The translations under genes and the position numbers were made by a program. 64,000 nt of DNA from Octopus bimaculoides (Eukaryota). The notes under the pieces are model-generated. The model had not been told where the DNA came from and made no database searches. It saw only the letters and a program-made list of their open reading frames with translations. The stretch is from the NCBI RefSeq assembly GCF_001194135.2, contig NC_068981.1, forward strand, positions 192,124,062 to 192,188,061. Direction: 5' to 3'. Below are positions 10,999 through 25,169 of this stretch, piece after piece. Position 1 is the stretch's first letter. Every line of letters starts with the position of its first letter.

Positions 10999-12689
10999 TT
11001 AATGTCCATTTTGTTTCTGGTTTATTTTGTGAGTTTGGTTTATTTTTATCCATGTTAGAATTGGTTTGGACAGGAAATTCTCTGAGGTAGGATTTTGAAG
11101 CTGGATGCTCTTCCCATTACCAAACTATGTTTAGTTCAGATGTCTTTGAAAGTATGGAACAACCAGCTTTATCATCAACATAGCTACCACTTCACTACTC
11201 CTATTGTGAATATACATTGATGTAGAGTACTATCATTAATTTAGCTACTGCTACAGTAATGTAATAACACTGTGACATAACAAAATTACACTTATTATTT
11301 AATAAAATTGACAAAAAGAGTACAATGAACTTGCCACAGGTAGGGGAAAATTCAACATTTGAGAGTCCTTCTACAGAGAAAAGGACTGTTTGAAACATTG
11401 GATCTTCCACTCCCTGCAGCAACTTTTTTTCTTTTTTTTTTTTTGACTTTACAAAATAATACAAGTCTTGCTAACGCAGAACACCAGTTTCTTTGGAGTA
11501 AGTTTTATACTCTAAATTACTCCAAAAATGGCTAAATTCTACCTCTAAAAATAATGGTACACTAGATAGTCATAAGGAAATAGTATTGTTCAAAAGAATT
11601 TTCTGGTTGTATATATTTTTTCAAAGAGTAGTTATGCTCCAATAATTTTTTCTTTTTGTTTTTAATCAACACTTCAACTATTTTAAGAGCTCTTTGAGAT
11701 TTTCTAAACCTCCTAACGAAACACTCAAGAACTAAATATAGTTTCCAATACAGCTCCAAATTTTTAAGTGATTCTCCACTTTTGCTTAGTCAAAATTTTT
11801 CATTAATGCCAATAGACGAGGCTCATGATTTCAACACTTGATTTACTATATTGGAAGACAAACTGATATTCCTTCATGTCAAGCATCTACAAAATTCCAA
11901 AGAGAATAATTAACCAGCAGTGAACATCATTTCAATAGTATAGATTTTTATATATAAATAACCACTGAACAGATAATTCAGAAAGTTAGAGCCACCGAGA
12001 TTAGCAACATATAGTGGTTTTATTTTAAGAGACAGGAAATTTCAGGTAAATTGATTAATTGCTGTTTCCAAAAACACCACCAACTTCTCAATGCTGACCA
12101 GCTTCAACTGTTAATAATTTATTTTAGAAATTAATTACTACAAAAGTTATGGTTTGAACATTCATTTTCTGCATGATGAGGTTACTGTTATGATTTTTCT
12201 ATTTACCAATACCTTTGTGAATGGGTTTAGTTTTATTTGAAACTAGTCATTTAAAGATTTCATATTTAAATTAAAAGTCAATATTTTGTGTAAGTGCTTT
12301 TTGCAAAGTTATGTTCTAAACATCAGCTTCATAAAATAAATCAATTATTTTACTAAATCCCTTCAAATTCTTGATTTTCAAAGTCAATTGAAAGACATAA
12401 GCAGTGTATTTTAGTAGAAATTGACCTTTAACCTTTCCCCACCCCACCTCTCTCCCTCCCTCTCCATGTGTCATGCCTTATTTACAGGTGTTGGCAATCA
12501 GGATTTTTTTTGGAAAATATACAGCTGTGGTTTCCTGTTGTCTTCAGACAATTTATTTCCAGTTTACAGCTCATCTAATGCTCCCACAAACTTACACTTG
12601 AAGCACAAGGTCTAGGGAGAGCATGTCTACACACTGATGATATCAATCCATGTCCACATTCTGGTGAGCCTTGTAACACATGTCTAAGG

Positions 12690-12880
12690 GGCAGCTCTCT
12701 TCCAAATCTTGTAGGTCTTAACCACAGGACCACCATCTATTGACTCTTACTGGGGCTCTTGATAGGTATTACCACATGGGCCAGAGTGGACTTGAGAGCA
12801 GTGGTGACAAAGGGAGTAAATTCAGACACTCCAAAACTCTTGAACTCTGAGCTAGAGTCACACCACCAGATGGAGTTTAA
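12690..12880 (+). mobile_element. Probable LINE 3' UTR fragment
   Basis: GGGCCAGAGTGGACTTGAGAGCAGTGG..CACTCC..CACCACCAGATG resembles an abundant animal LINE tail I recall. No coding evidence. Confidence 0.4.
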
Positions 12881-13349
12881 TTAAAAGACAGACAAAAAGG
12901 AGGCTAAAATCATACAATATGATTAATTTTTAAAATGGTGTAATATTTCATAAAATAACTTTGACCTTATTAAACTGATGTTTGGAACAAATTAACATGA
13001 AATTTTGCTGAAAGGTTTTAATTTATATAAAAAAAATTTTAATCAGAGAAATAGGGATTGGTTTCAAACAGGTTAGTATCAAGTATTAATATCTTGCCCA
13101 GTCTTTTAACCACCATAGGATTAAAACATTGTCAATATGCTTGAGTCCAATTAGATGCAGTTCAGATTTCAGTAGTTTCCAATAGAGAGAAACTTTTTAC
13201 AAACGGTTGTTAATAACTGAAACATCTAAATCACTTGTAAGTCTTGAATGAAATCAAAGACAGCCCCCTTGATTTATACCACTTTCAAATCAAAATGGTT
13301 TCTTCATTACAATAGTAATTCCTAAATACAAATAAATCTTCACTCATTG

Positions 13350-13715
13350 CAATCATTTTAATGTCCACTTTTCTATACTTACATGGGTCAGATGGAATTT
13401 GTTGAGGCAGATTTTTGAGTTAGATGTCCTTCCTACCACCAACCCTCACCTGTTTCCAAGCAAGGTAATACTTCTCCATGGCCAAACAGGTTTTCACAGA
13501 CTCAAAACACGCCATTTTGATGATGGTTATGCTCATTTACAACCATCAGAAGCAAACAAATACAAACACACAATAGATTTCTTTCAGTTTCTGTCAACAA
13601 AATCCACTCACAAGCTTTGGTTGACCTGGAGCACTTTCCTCAAGTGCTTTGCAGTGGGACTGAACCCAAAAACATATGGCTGAGAATCAAGTTCCTTAAC
13701 CACACAGTTATTGCT
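13350..13715 (-). mobile_element. Family C tRNA-derived SINE, near full length
   Basis: tRNA-like head (reverse complement of GGACTGAACCC..CTTAACCACAC), body and RTE-like tail CATTTTAATGTCCAC. Confidence 0.8.
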
Positions 13716-14181
13716 GCAATATTAAATCGTTTTATATTTCAGTAATTCTAACATGAAAATAATATTGTACAAACCACTTTCTATTCTACTACAAACGTTT
13801 GTCTTTTCTAAACTGATCACTTTGATTAATACACAAATCTTGACCCACATGCTATGGAATCTATCATCAGGCAGGGTCGATAACTAACAAGTCATTGAAA
13901 TTTATAGGCAAGATATCTTTTAAAAGTGTTCTTTGAATATGATTCACATGCATCAATACACGTCATGTATGAAAGAACAAACAGGTTTCAACTAAAGGCA
14001 GCTTTTTTGGTTGCTGTATCACAGAGTTGAGAGGAAAATCTAAAATATTAACTATCTTTACAGTAGACTATGTCTGTAGCTTTTGATTTATGACGAAGTG
14101 AAGATGGACATTAAGATCACCAGGAAATATCTGTAAGTGATGTACCACAGAAAAATTTGAAGCTCAAAACTAAAATAGATA

Positions 14182-14677
14182 NNNNNNNNNNNNNNNNNNN
14201 NNNNNNNNNNNNNNNNNNNNNNNNNNNNNNNNNNNNNNNNNNNNNNNNNNNNNNNNNNNNNNNNNNNNNNNNNNNNNNNNNNNNNNNNNNNNNNNNNNNN
14301 NNNNNNNNNNNNNNNNNNNNNNNNNNNNNNNNNNNNNNNNNNNNNNNNNNNNNNNNNNNNNNNNNNNNNNNNNNNNNNNNNNNNNNNNNNNNNNNNNNNN
14401 NNNNNNNNNNNNNNNNNNNNNNNNNNNNNNNNNNNNNNNNNNNNNNNNNNNNNNNNNNNNNNNNNNNNNNNNNNNNNNNNNNNNNNNNNNNNNNNNNNNN
14501 NNNNNNNNNNNNNNNNNNNNNNNNNNNNNNNNNNNNNNNNNNNNNNNNNNNNNNNNNNNNNNNNNNNNNNNNNNNNNNNNNNNNNNNNNNNNNNNNNNNN
14601 NNNNNNNNNNNNNNNNNNNNNNNNNNNNNNNNNNNNNNNNNNNNNNNNNNNNNNNNNNNNNNNNNNNNNNNNNNNNG
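14182..14677. other. Assembly gap (N run)
   Basis: Run of N. Smaller gaps at 15772-15806, 49413-49422, 53934-53943 and 55344-55353. Confidence 1.
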
Positions 14678-14730
14678 CTGTCCAATGCCTTGTGAGTGGA
14701 TTTGGTAAATAGAAGATTTGTGGAAGCCTG

Positions 14731-14783
<53 letters not shown>

Positions 14784-14965
14784 TCTCACTACTTAACAAT
14801 CAGTGATGGTTTGTTTGCATTCCTGTAACTTAATAGTTTGGCAAAAGAGACCAGTAGAGTAAGTACCAGACTTAAAAAGAGAAATAAATACTGGAATCAA
14901 TTTATTCAACTAAACCATTCAATGCAGTGCCCCAGCAAGGCTGCAATCCAATGACTGAAACAAAA
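14678..14965 (+). mobile_element. SINE, family C head with an alternative body
   Basis: GCCTTGTGAGTGGATTTGG..(TG)n..GCAAAAGAGAC..TAAGTACC..CCCCAGCA..CAATGACTGAAAC, same layout as 37928-38270. Confidence 0.7.
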
Positions 14966-15825
14966 GATACATCATTTAATGTTTATCTTCCATGGGATGG
15001 GAAGTTTTGACAGGATCCAATAAACCCAAGGATTACATTATGCACCACTGCATTCTTTGGCGTGGTTTCCATGACCAAACGCCCATCCTAATGCCAACCC
15101 CTTTATAGAATGTACATTGGTGCAATTTTTCATGTCATCAGCACAATTAAGGTCATTAGGCAGCATACAAGACTACAAACCCAGAGAGAAGCAACTTCAT
15201 GCTAGACGATGAGAAGTGAAAGTACAAGAGAAGAAGGCAGAGCAAAATAGATTTATTTCACTTTCAAACCACGAAATTTTGGCTTCAGGCCTACTGCACA
15301 GTTCTTTGACCAAAACCTTGTGAGTGGATTTGGTAGACAGAAATCAAAAGAAGCCTATCACCTGTGTGTGAGTATGTTTGTTTACTTTTACTCTTCTCTG
15401 AAAATTGCTGGGCTAGAAACTGCGACACTAATGTCATTTTTCCTGTCAAATTATTCCCTGGCTTCGCAGCTTTGAAGACATATGGAATAAAAGATCTTTT
15501 ACTTGTAGAACTGGCAAGGGTTAGCAATAGGCAGAGTATCCAGCAATAAAACAAAGCCTCGGAAATATATTCATCTAACCCATGCTAGAATGGAAAAACA
15601 AAAAAAGAGACATAAAAAAAGAAGAAAAACAAAAATATATATATATATATGTATCATTGCTTTAATGTTCACTTTTCTATGTGCTAGCATGGTTTGGAAT
15701 TTAGCGAGGCAGATTTTCTATGGCTGGATGACCTTCCTGTTGCCAACCCTCACTGTTTTTGAGGCGCGCGCNNNNNNNNNNNNNNNNNNNNNNNNNNNNN
15801 NNNNNNACCCTCACTGTTTTTGAGG

Positions 15826-15927
15826 CGCACGCGCACACGCGCGCGCACACGCACACGCACACGCACGCACGCACACACGCGCACGCGCACGCGCACACAC
15901 ACACACCCACACACACCCACACACACA
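15826..15927. repeat. (GCAC/GCGC/CA)n compound microsatellite inserted in a SINE tail
   Basis: Seen directly. Confidence 0.9.
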
Positions 15928-17149
15928 GCAGATTTGAGTTATGGGCATAACCGGGTGTACGTATCAAGAAGATATGAACTAAAAGTTTCTGCAGATTTTT
16001 ATTTTATTTTTACTGTGCTATTTGAATATATCATTCTATGCAGATTCCTCAGGGATGACTGTCTAACATGGGGAGGTTAAAAGGCCCATCAACTATATTG
16101 CTATGGAAATAATATCATCATCATTTAACATCTGTTTTCCATGCTAACATGGGCTGGACAGTTTGACAGGGTCTGGCAAGCCAGAGAGCTGCAACTCCTT
16201 GGCTGGGAGATGAAGTGCTACTAAGAGAGGTAGCTTTGTGCCAGTTGAGAGTTTAAAGTATAACTGAGGGAGATAGGTGACTTGCTATAGGGGAGATACT
16301 TGGCTACCCCAGGAGGAAAAGAGAGGGGAGGAAGGACAGACAGACAGACAGAGAAATAGATGGTGTTGGATTTTATATGACTAAACCTCAATTTTTACAA
16401 TTCTGTTGCTGATTAAGATATTTCACTTTTCCACATATTTCAGCCACCTAAGATTAATTGCTTTATGCTCTTTGATTTCTTAGATGTCAGACAGCATTGT
16501 TGATGGTGATAATGATGACAAAATGATAATGACAAGGACAATATGAAATGTGTTAACAAACAAATACTTTCTGATAATATCTGATTTCATATTTAGCTTA
16601 CTGTGCTGAATGCAATAGTAATAATCAAGATGTCTTATTCAGTGTCCAGTCTGCTTTAGGTGTATATCTGGCAGTTTTAGTGATAAGTTCAATGTTTACA
16701 TGTAATGATGATGGACTTAAAAAGAAGAGAATAGCTATAATTTCTTAAAAGGATACATTCACAAGAAATCAAAAAGATTTATAAGAACCTGAATTGTCAT
16801 TCATATATATATATAGCAGGAAAAACAGAACCATCAATAATACTTTGCATATGTGCCTAATATCATATTTAATTATATACCTAACATTTTATATAAGGTG
16901 TATATTTAGTGTATCTGGTATTGATTATTTTGACCTAAGTAATGAGAGAAACAGTTCAATTCCCAATTGGAACAGTTCTCATTTATGTCAGGGAAGCCAA
17001 TAACGCTATTACATCCCTTTATGTCTATATGAGAGTCAATAGTGAAACACTTCACTTGTAATACATTGTTAATGTCCTTACATTATAAGAAACGGTCTCA
17101 TCATCAAGGAGGTAAGAGATAGAAATGGAAACAATGAATAAAATCTAAA

Positions 17150-17720
17150 CAGAATTTTAGTCCTATCTTCTTCCCTGCTAAATAAACTTGTCTTTGCTAA
17201 ATTTATTTCAAAGTCTCTTGATCCTGAACTTAACTTTCACACCTGGAACTTCCACAACTGGAATTTTTAAAATCCTTCAACTGATACAGCTACGAGAACT
17301 AGGTTAATAGCATACAGAAGTTCCCATGAACAACCAGTCCTTAACTTCCTCCGTTACAGCCTGGAGAACTACAATAAACAAGAGAGGTGGGGCTGAGAAC
17401 CAAGCATTAATAGACCACAACCTGCATGCTAAATTCCTAATCAAGCATGGGACTAACTATGCTGATGGCATCACTGTACTTGACTTACAGCAATCTTCTC
17501 AGTGACCACCAGACAAAAGAGTGAGATTCTGTTAGAGATCCTCTCTAGATCAACAATTTGCAAGGTGTAGCAACTTGCTCTTTGCTAAGAACTTCTATAG
17601 TAGTCTCCCTAGGAAGAGGGGCATCAGTCAGACCCCAAGTGCATCTCATCTAAGAGGATCCCCCACCCTTCCAATTAAGTATGCTATCTCTTTCACAACA
17701 ACATACATTATAGTAGCATA
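17150..17720 (-). pseudogene. Decayed RTE-clade LINE reverse transcriptase fragment
   Basis: Minus-strand PLLFIVVLQAVTEE then KTGCSWELLYAINLVLVAVS (compare RTE GCPWELLYADDLVL) and NLAKT. Confidence 0.85.
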
Positions 17721-18624
17721 TTGTAACTTTGTATGCCTTAGAACAGAAAAGGCTAGAATCAAACTTGCTAATCATCCTTTCCAGAGAGATAAGACATAAG
17801 CCAGTAATATATGACTTTTAATTCAATTATTTAACCTCCTCCCTCTTTCTCCTCTTCCTAAAATTTCTCTTGAAATTGGGGAAGAAATTAAATGAACAGT
17901 TATCAAAAATTTAACTGACCCAATCGATTGAGATTAATAAACTATCAGATTGAAATAAGTCCTTGGTTCGATGCGACAAACTTAAAACCTTACAAAACAG
18001 TCCAATGTGTGAAATCAATAGATGAGTAATAGAGTACAATCACATTAAGTTTCACAGAATTTTGTTTCTTTGCTTTTTTTGTTCCAAGTTAAACTTCTAA
18101 CCAGATCAACTTTGTCTCTAATCCCTCAAGGAAATTCTAGAAACCTGTACTAATTAATATATACATTGTGCCATTTTAAACGAAACGATTTTTATGTAGG
18201 GAATATGGCTTCATGTTGGAACTACATATGAATTGCTATTGCCCTTGAGGAAAACAAATTAAGTTAAAATTATATCATTTCTAAGAACTCTCACAGTAAA
18301 TACATATTCCAGTCTAAAATGAAATGTTGCTATGGTTTCTTTGAGTAGAGGAGGATCAATGAAATCAAAGAAGTTAATAGATCAATTATGTGTATTGTAT
18401 AAATGGTTGCATGGTTAAGAATAGGTGCAGGCATTACTGTGTGTTGAAAAGTCTGCTTTGCAACCATGTGGTTTCAGGTAGTCCCACTACGTAGCATCCT
18501 GGATAACAGTCTTCTACAATGGCCCTTGGGCTAACCAATGCCTTCTGATTGAATTTGGTAAAAGAGAAACTGCAGGAAGCCTGTTGTGTGTATCATCATT
18601 TTACATCCGTTTTCCATGCTTGCA

Positions 18625-19195
18625 TGAGTAGGATGATTTGACATTGACCCCCATTGCTGGTATTTAATTTTATCAACCCTGAAAGAATGAAAGGCAAAGT
18701 TGACCTTGGTGGAATTGAAACTTAAAACACAAAGAGTCATAAAAATTGCCACTTAACATTTTGTCAAAAATCCTAATGATTCTGCCAGCTTGTTTTGTCT
18801 AATGGTTTTAAATTTTGGAGGGGGCAAGCCCTCCAAAATCAACCCCAATACTTCACTTGTACTTTATTGACCCCAAAAGGATGAAAGGCAACATGAACCT
18901 CAGTAGAATTTGAACTCAGAACAAAAGAGCAAAAAGAAATGCTAAGTATTTTCTCTGACTCACTGATGACCCTGCCAGTTCACTGGTTTAAAATTTTCAA
19001 GACTAGAAATTTGGGTGGAAAGAGGTTAATCAATTACATCATCGCCAGTGGTCAGTCAATGGGTGTTTATTTTATTAATCCTAAAAAGGTGAATGGCTAA
19101 GTCAATCTCAACAGAATTTAAACTCAGAGCAAAGAGTGAAAGAAATACCACTAAAGATTTTGTCCAACTTGCTCACAATTCTGCCTGTAAGCCAT
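18625..19195 (-). mobile_element. Head-to-tail array of three family M SINEs
   Basis: Three copies of the reverse core (..CCC..AAAG(A/G)ATGAA(A/T)GGC..GAATT(T/G)AA(A)CT..) at about 18630-18790, 18800-18980 and 19000-19195. Confidence 0.75.
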
Positions 19196-19769
19196 CATAA
19201 TAAAAATACTGTTAACTTGTATCAGAATTATCTACTATCTTCAGCAGATGTTTCAAATCAGAACTAAATTGGAGATGTTCTATTGTTCCTCAGAAGCCTT
19301 CAGTATTTGTCCAACACCATTAAATCAACACTGGCAAATCATAAGTATTACTATGGAACCAATAACAAATATAAAATAAATAAACGATAACCTAAACACT
19401 ATAAATAATTTCAGATGTTTCAAAGAATACATCAAATATAAAGTTTTAAAAAAATAATCAACAGTCAATTCTTGAAACATTCAACTATTTCTGGACTTTA
19501 TTTCTTTATTAGTGATTAATATAATGAAGGAAAAAATTGCTCTTCCTTGCCTGTAATAAAAAATTTTTTAAAATTAACACTTTATAAATGAAAAAAGTGT
19601 TTCCATTTCTGAAAAGCAAAGGCACAAAATAAATTTGATATGAGAGACACTGAAAACAGAATCAATTATGTTTTTGATATTTGAATGGATATCTTTTCAC
19701 ATTAGCAGGGGAAATTTAAGTGAAAAATATTTTCAATCAAAACTTAACTTAACTAAGGAGGAGGCCATT

Positions 19770-19910
19770 CATTCAATCTGCAAGAAATAGCAGCCAAATC
19801 TCTCTCAAATTACACCCTGATGATTTAAATAAGGATAGATATATTGGATCATGTTCCTGATACATTAGGTTTGAAAATAAAGCAGGATGGTCATGGTTAT
19901 AATCACAGAC
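19770..19910 (+). repeat. Interspersed repeat family D
   Basis: GAAATAGCAGCCAAATCTCTCTCAAATTACACCCT..AGGATGGTCATGG. Confidence 0.65.
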
Positions 19911-20899
19911 CAACTCAACTGGAAGAGACATAGAGCTAAGAACAGCTACCTAAATAAAACATATAAATATAACAGATGATAGATCAGAAATTATTCTTGA
20001 ACCTGTTCCCAAGACAAACACAAATTATTGTTGCTTAACATACTAACCCACAGCCAAAACTAAACTTACTTTCTAATTTGTAGCTAATGTAGGGATGTGG
20101 ATTGATTTAAAAAATAAAAAAACCTCATTTTACTATTAATTAAATTTTTCATTGAATGACAAAGTCAATCAGATGAATGACTGGATGTGTTACTTTTAAA
20201 TTGAATATACAAGTCACTTTTTTGAATTACAAAAATTAAAGGACAGAACATTATGGTACTAGAGGTGGTAGATTTAAAGAAGCTAGTAAACCTACTGCAA
20301 AGAGATAGAATTCAGTGTCAAGTCTATGATATATATCTATTACATTGTAGATTATTCCCTGTGGAAACAAGAGGATGTCAAAAACATACTAAGAACTATC
20401 AAATACTGGGAAGTTAAATTTTCACAAGATTTTTAATAGAAAACCAAAATAGTTACATACTATTATATACTTAGTGTGTGTCAGTAGGGGGACAGCTTAA
20501 TTAAAGGTATAGCTTAATAGTTATAAAATTATAGCTAAATGCACTGCAGTAACTTACTATCTGTTCAGATTTTGAATTGTTAGCCAGAAAACAATATTTA
20601 AAATTAAGCATTAGTTGATCTATCAAGCCTGGAAAGATGTAGAATTCTTAATCTGTAATGCCAGACAATAAACCAGTTATTGCTATGTATCTAATCCAGT
20701 TTTCTATTAAATCATACTCCTGACTAAACTGCTATACTCCTAAACAACAGAATGGTTTGAAATAATGGACTATAAATGATTATTCAATCAAAAGTTGAAA
20801 CAGAGATTGTTCGTGTCTAACTTAATGGACAACTCAACATCATACAATGCAGAGTAGATAAAAGAAAAACTTTAAACAGTTAAACCAAGTGTCGTCTCT

Positions 20900-21180
20900 A
20901 ACAGCCCTGGCGCATCCAAAGCTTCATGAGTAGATTTGGTAGATGGAAACTGGAAGCAGTCCATAGTGTGTGTGTGTGTGTACCCTTGTCTTGACATCAC
21001 ATATTGGTTGTAAATAAATATCATCTTATAATGTTATCTCCCGTGAAGAACCTGTGAAGCCATGGGAAATATTACCTTCCTTGGAAACAAAGAGGGCAAC
21101 TGGCCACAGAAACTTTGCCTCAACAAATTTTGCCCGATCCATGCATGCATGTAAAAATGGACATATGAGGATGATGATTA
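20900..21180 (+). mobile_element. Family C SINE, 5'-truncated
   Basis: GATTTGGTAGATGGAAACTG..(TG)n..CTTGTCTTGACATCAC..GGAAATATTACCTT..CCATGCATGCATG..GATGATGAT. Confidence 0.75.
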
Positions 21181-22579
21181 CAGTAATAGCATATACAGCA
21201 GTATATAATTAACATACTGAAAAATAATTGATTTTAATCAGAAATATGAATGGTTCCCACACAAATTGCTAATAGCTGATTCTACCAACAGCAACATCCT
21301 ACAACAAGAGTACAAGATAACATGATTGTGTTTAACAGCAATAAAATAACCTCACATATATCAAAGAAACCTAGAATAATTCACACACACTACTCAGAAA
21401 TAATTCAGATAACCATCACACACTTAAAAATCAACAGAAAATACCTCGGTATTAAACTGCTGATGACTCTAAACATGGCACTAGCGTGCCTCATACAACA
21501 TCTACTTCTCCATGCTAGTATGCACCCCCATATACCACCAGTATACACTACCATATACTGCAATATATTCTAAAAACTGCCACTATATATTTTTATATAC
21601 TGCCATATATATTTCTATACACTTACAATATACAGAAACCATAAAAAACTATTTTCTTCAACATCAAAGAGCCAGCATAAAAGATAAAATAAACAAACTC
21701 AGATATGAATGTCCATAAAACAGTATTTTTAAAACTAGATGGAATTGATGAAAAACAGATTCTAAGTTCTGTTCTGCTAAAGTTTGGCAACCATGCTCTC
21801 AGTTCCAATTAGCATTAAAGTAGAATGATGTTATGTTCTTTCATACTTAAAAAGAGTAAAAATAATAATTAAAAAAAACATAACAGTTATCTATGTTTTC
21901 AAGGAAATATCAGGAACTATTAAAAAGAAATTTAAAATTGGTTTTAAAAAAATATACAAGACTGAATGATGACAACAATGATGATGAATACAACAAAAGT
22001 GAGGAAAATAAGAGTCCACCTTCAGTCCAAATTATGCTGTTTATGTAAGATTCACATTTTACCAAAGATAAATATTCACCATTTTCAAAAGCTCTTTCAG
22101 TTTAAAATTTTAAAAATATGTTCCAAATAATAGCCAGAGGAAATGAAAATATAAATATCAAAATTCCTCCTAATTTCTTCTAAACTAAAGCTGAATCTTT
22201 ATATTGGAATTATATGAAATACCTGAAAAGAAATCAAATGCTATTATCTAAAATCCTTCTGTAAATGGTTTCTCTCATCTTTTGAAGTATAGTAAAGACT
22301 TACGTTACAGCAATCTAATCATAGATATTTATCTCCAGAAGAGGTAGTCAGTCATATTGCTTACAAAAGGTAATTTTAGAATATTCTTCTTGGAAGAAAT
22401 CAAACATTTTCCTAAATGTGGTCAAATTACAAATTTTATATAATTAAAAAAAAAATGAATACTCTCTATTTAATAAAAAAATCCCAACATTTCTATTATA
22501 TTTTACCAATAATTTTTCCTTAATCCACCTCATAATTATTGATATTTCTCCACCACTAACTCTACAAAAATGACTGCTT

Positions 22580-23000
22580 TATTCCCCTCGAACAGATTTT
22601 TGACTGTCTTTCCATACATCATCCTATGATGTTCCTGGACATAGTGATTTTTCCTGTGAGCATTAAGCATTTCAGGTCTTTCAAAAATCAGATACCCTTA
22701 CCCAGGTGACATAGCCTGGGCTGATCAAGCCCTAACTAGTGTGTCCAGTTAGCACTACTCCTGGTAGCACTGCTCCTTCCAAGGCTTTCACCTCTTGATC
22801 TACAGCCATCTTGAGGCAAATTCTATCTCCAGTCAACTTAATAGCTTCCCCTGCAAATCCCAGCATGTTGTAAACTCTGCAGAGGAACTGGCCTACAAAC
22901 CCTCTGCATCCTACCTTGATGGAATCACACCTTGTTTGCTACCCATTACTTTGGCATAGTTCCACCGACTCAGTATATTTCCTTCTCTTACTCTCTTTTG
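22580..23000 (-). mobile_element. Probable RTE LINE 5' region fragment
   Basis: GC-richer island whose minus-strand reading resembles RTE 5' sequence I recall. No catalytic motif seen. Confidence 0.35.
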
Positions 23001-23444
23001 CATCCTCAATCAGGTTCTTCAACAAAACAGTTATAAAACATTACTGGAAAGACTTGTTGACTCAGTAAGAACTAAATTTATAGAAATTTTAATAAAGCAA
23101 ATAATACAAGCCAGATTCAAAATCATTTTAATTATCAAATCTCTTCAAACTGAACTTGTATCTGAAATTTGTCAAATATTAAAGTTAACAAATAATGACA
23201 AATTTGCATAAAATTCACATCCCCTTAAATATCTTTTATATTTTAATAACTATATCAGAATTGAGACTTCAATGCCTGCTGTTCCACATGCCACCAACCA
23301 TGTTGATCAATTTAAATACAAAGAAAGAACTAGTTTTGCAACAATTTATGAAAAGTAGAACAAATTCCTGTGAACAGAAGTGAGATATATTAATCTTACT
23401 GTAGTCTATTTTAGTGTTTTATATCTTATTTCATAAGATATGAA

Positions 23445-23925
23445 ACAGGCATGGCTGTGTGGTTAAGAAGCTTACTTCCAAACTATGTGGTTTCAAGGTC
23501 AATCCTGCAAACACAGCACCTTGGGCAAAAGTCTTCAATGATAGCCCCAGGCCAATCAAAGTTTTGTGGGTGGACTTGCTAGATAGAAACTGTGTATTAA
23601 ACTTCAAAGTCCCTATCAATCTTTTCATAGTAAAAATTTAATAAACATATACTCTACTACAAAATATTGACTAATCCATCAGTTTAATGTTAAATTGTTT
23701 TAAAACAACATTAAAACAAATATTTGTGTGTGTATGTGTACAAGCTGTCTTTGACATCACGTGATGGCTGTCAGGCCAACAGTGTTGATCATTTCTAGTC
23801 TTTCATGAATAATATATTTGGCCTTGGGGAAATATTTATGTTGCTTGGAAACAGGTGAGGTCTGACAACAAGAAGGGCATCCGGCTATAGAAAATCTACC
23901 TCAATAAATTCCATCTGACCCATGA
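23445..23925 (+). mobile_element. Family C tRNA-derived SINE, full length (tRNA head, CORE-like box, body, RTE-like tail)
   Basis: GGCTGTGTGGTTAAGAAGCTT..GGTTTCAAGGTCAATCC (A/B-box-like), CACCTTGGGCAA (CORE-like), (TG)n, then CTTGGAAACAGGTGAGG..AAGGGCATCC..GACCCATG. Confidence 0.85.
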
Positions 23926-25169
23926 GGATCTCATATAATGTCTTATGGTTTTATATCACTGAAGGTTTTGAGGAATGAATTAGTAGTCGTCTTGTTAGCT
24001 TCAATATTTTTAAACAAAAATAAACAGACTTTTCCCTTTACTTAATAAAAATTCAATAGCAAAATGGAATTCAACCCAACAAGAAAATGAAATATGAAAC
24101 ATACAGTAATGAACCAGTGATGGTACCTAATTAACAGCTAGATAGACCCAACCACAAGTCTAGACAAAGAGTTAAAGTATTGGCTGACTGCATGTCTTAT
24201 ATACAACTCTCATTTAAATGACTCTAAAATATTTTAATGGCACTGTATATATTCCTTTTACATTAATATCTATTTTCAGGTCTTTTGAAATGCCTATGTA
24301 AATGGAGGAAAAAATACTTTGTCCCTGAAACTACTTTTCACTTACCACTTATTTTATAAAATGGAAAAACAATGTTAAAAAAAAGCTTTCAGAAAATATT
24401 TTCACAGAAATTAAGAAAAAAGATTTATCAAACTTTAATGGTTACTGAAGTAAAAATGATATCAACATTTATTAGTTGACAACTTAAATATGACAGGAGA
24501 AATAAAATACTAAAGAGAATGAAACATATAAAAATCATCATCATTTAATTTCCATGTACCAAAAAAGCTTCAATCCTTTGCTACAGGGTTTCTTTCAATG
24601 GCTGAAACCAATAAAAGAGTAGACTGTGGCCTTGCTGGGTCACCACCAAGTATTTTTGTCAAAATACTCCACTAATTTTATCAATCTCTAGTTACTATAT
24701 TGTTAGGTTATAATGCATAATAATGCAACATAACCACTTCTTCAGCTCGTATAAACACACACACACACACACACAAATCTGCATAGTACCCATCAACCAA
24801 ATTCCAGTCACAAGTTATTGTACAAGACAGTTAACCAAAATGCCACAGAGTGAGATCAAACCCAGAACCATATGACTGCAAAACAAACTTCTTAACTACT
24901 GAGCCAAGCCTGCTGAGTTACAACTTTTCAGATGATAATTCCTAGAAAATAAATGACATAAATTATCAGAATTTAATTTACAACTTGTTTGTGTTTCCCA
25001 GTTAGAACTACTTCCTTTTCTTGAATAAATCCCTTTGGCAAAGCTAACTAATCATACCTCATTGTTTCTTACAGAAAGTTCTTGGTACCCAAGGAGATCT
25101 GTTGCTTTGAGAAAGGAGCCTAGGTTTTCACAGAGATTACTGTTGCCTTAACTAATTTATTTTGTCATA

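Noticed and set aside
11470-11890. Minus-strand stretch with longish open frames (..LELYWKLYLVLECFVRRFRK..)
   Set aside because: Interrupted by stops, with no recognisable domain and no consistent splice pair.
14088-14799. The longest ORFs in the track (233, 209 and 183 aa)
   Set aside because: They run through the N gap and a (CA)n tract, so they are artefacts.
15746-15828. Direct repeat ACCCTCACTGTTTTTGAGGCGC on both sides of an N run
   Set aside because: Duplicated contig ends across a gap indicate an unmerged assembly overlap.
16602-16715. 114-nt minus-strand exon-like segment with one in-frame TGA (..WTLNKTS*LLLLHSA), considered as selenocysteine
   Set aside because: The context matches no selenoprotein motif I know and I saw no SECIS. 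It is more likely a chance segment or a terminal exon.
22311-23375. Phase-compatible chain of three small plus-strand exon candidates
   Set aside because: Weak splice sites, no recognisable peptide, and one acceptor is supplied by repeat sequence. Compatible with chance.
23445-23530. tRNA-like sequence as a functional tRNA gene (also other SINE heads)
   Set aside because: No complete cloverleaf, and it is fused to a SINE body. It is a SINE head.
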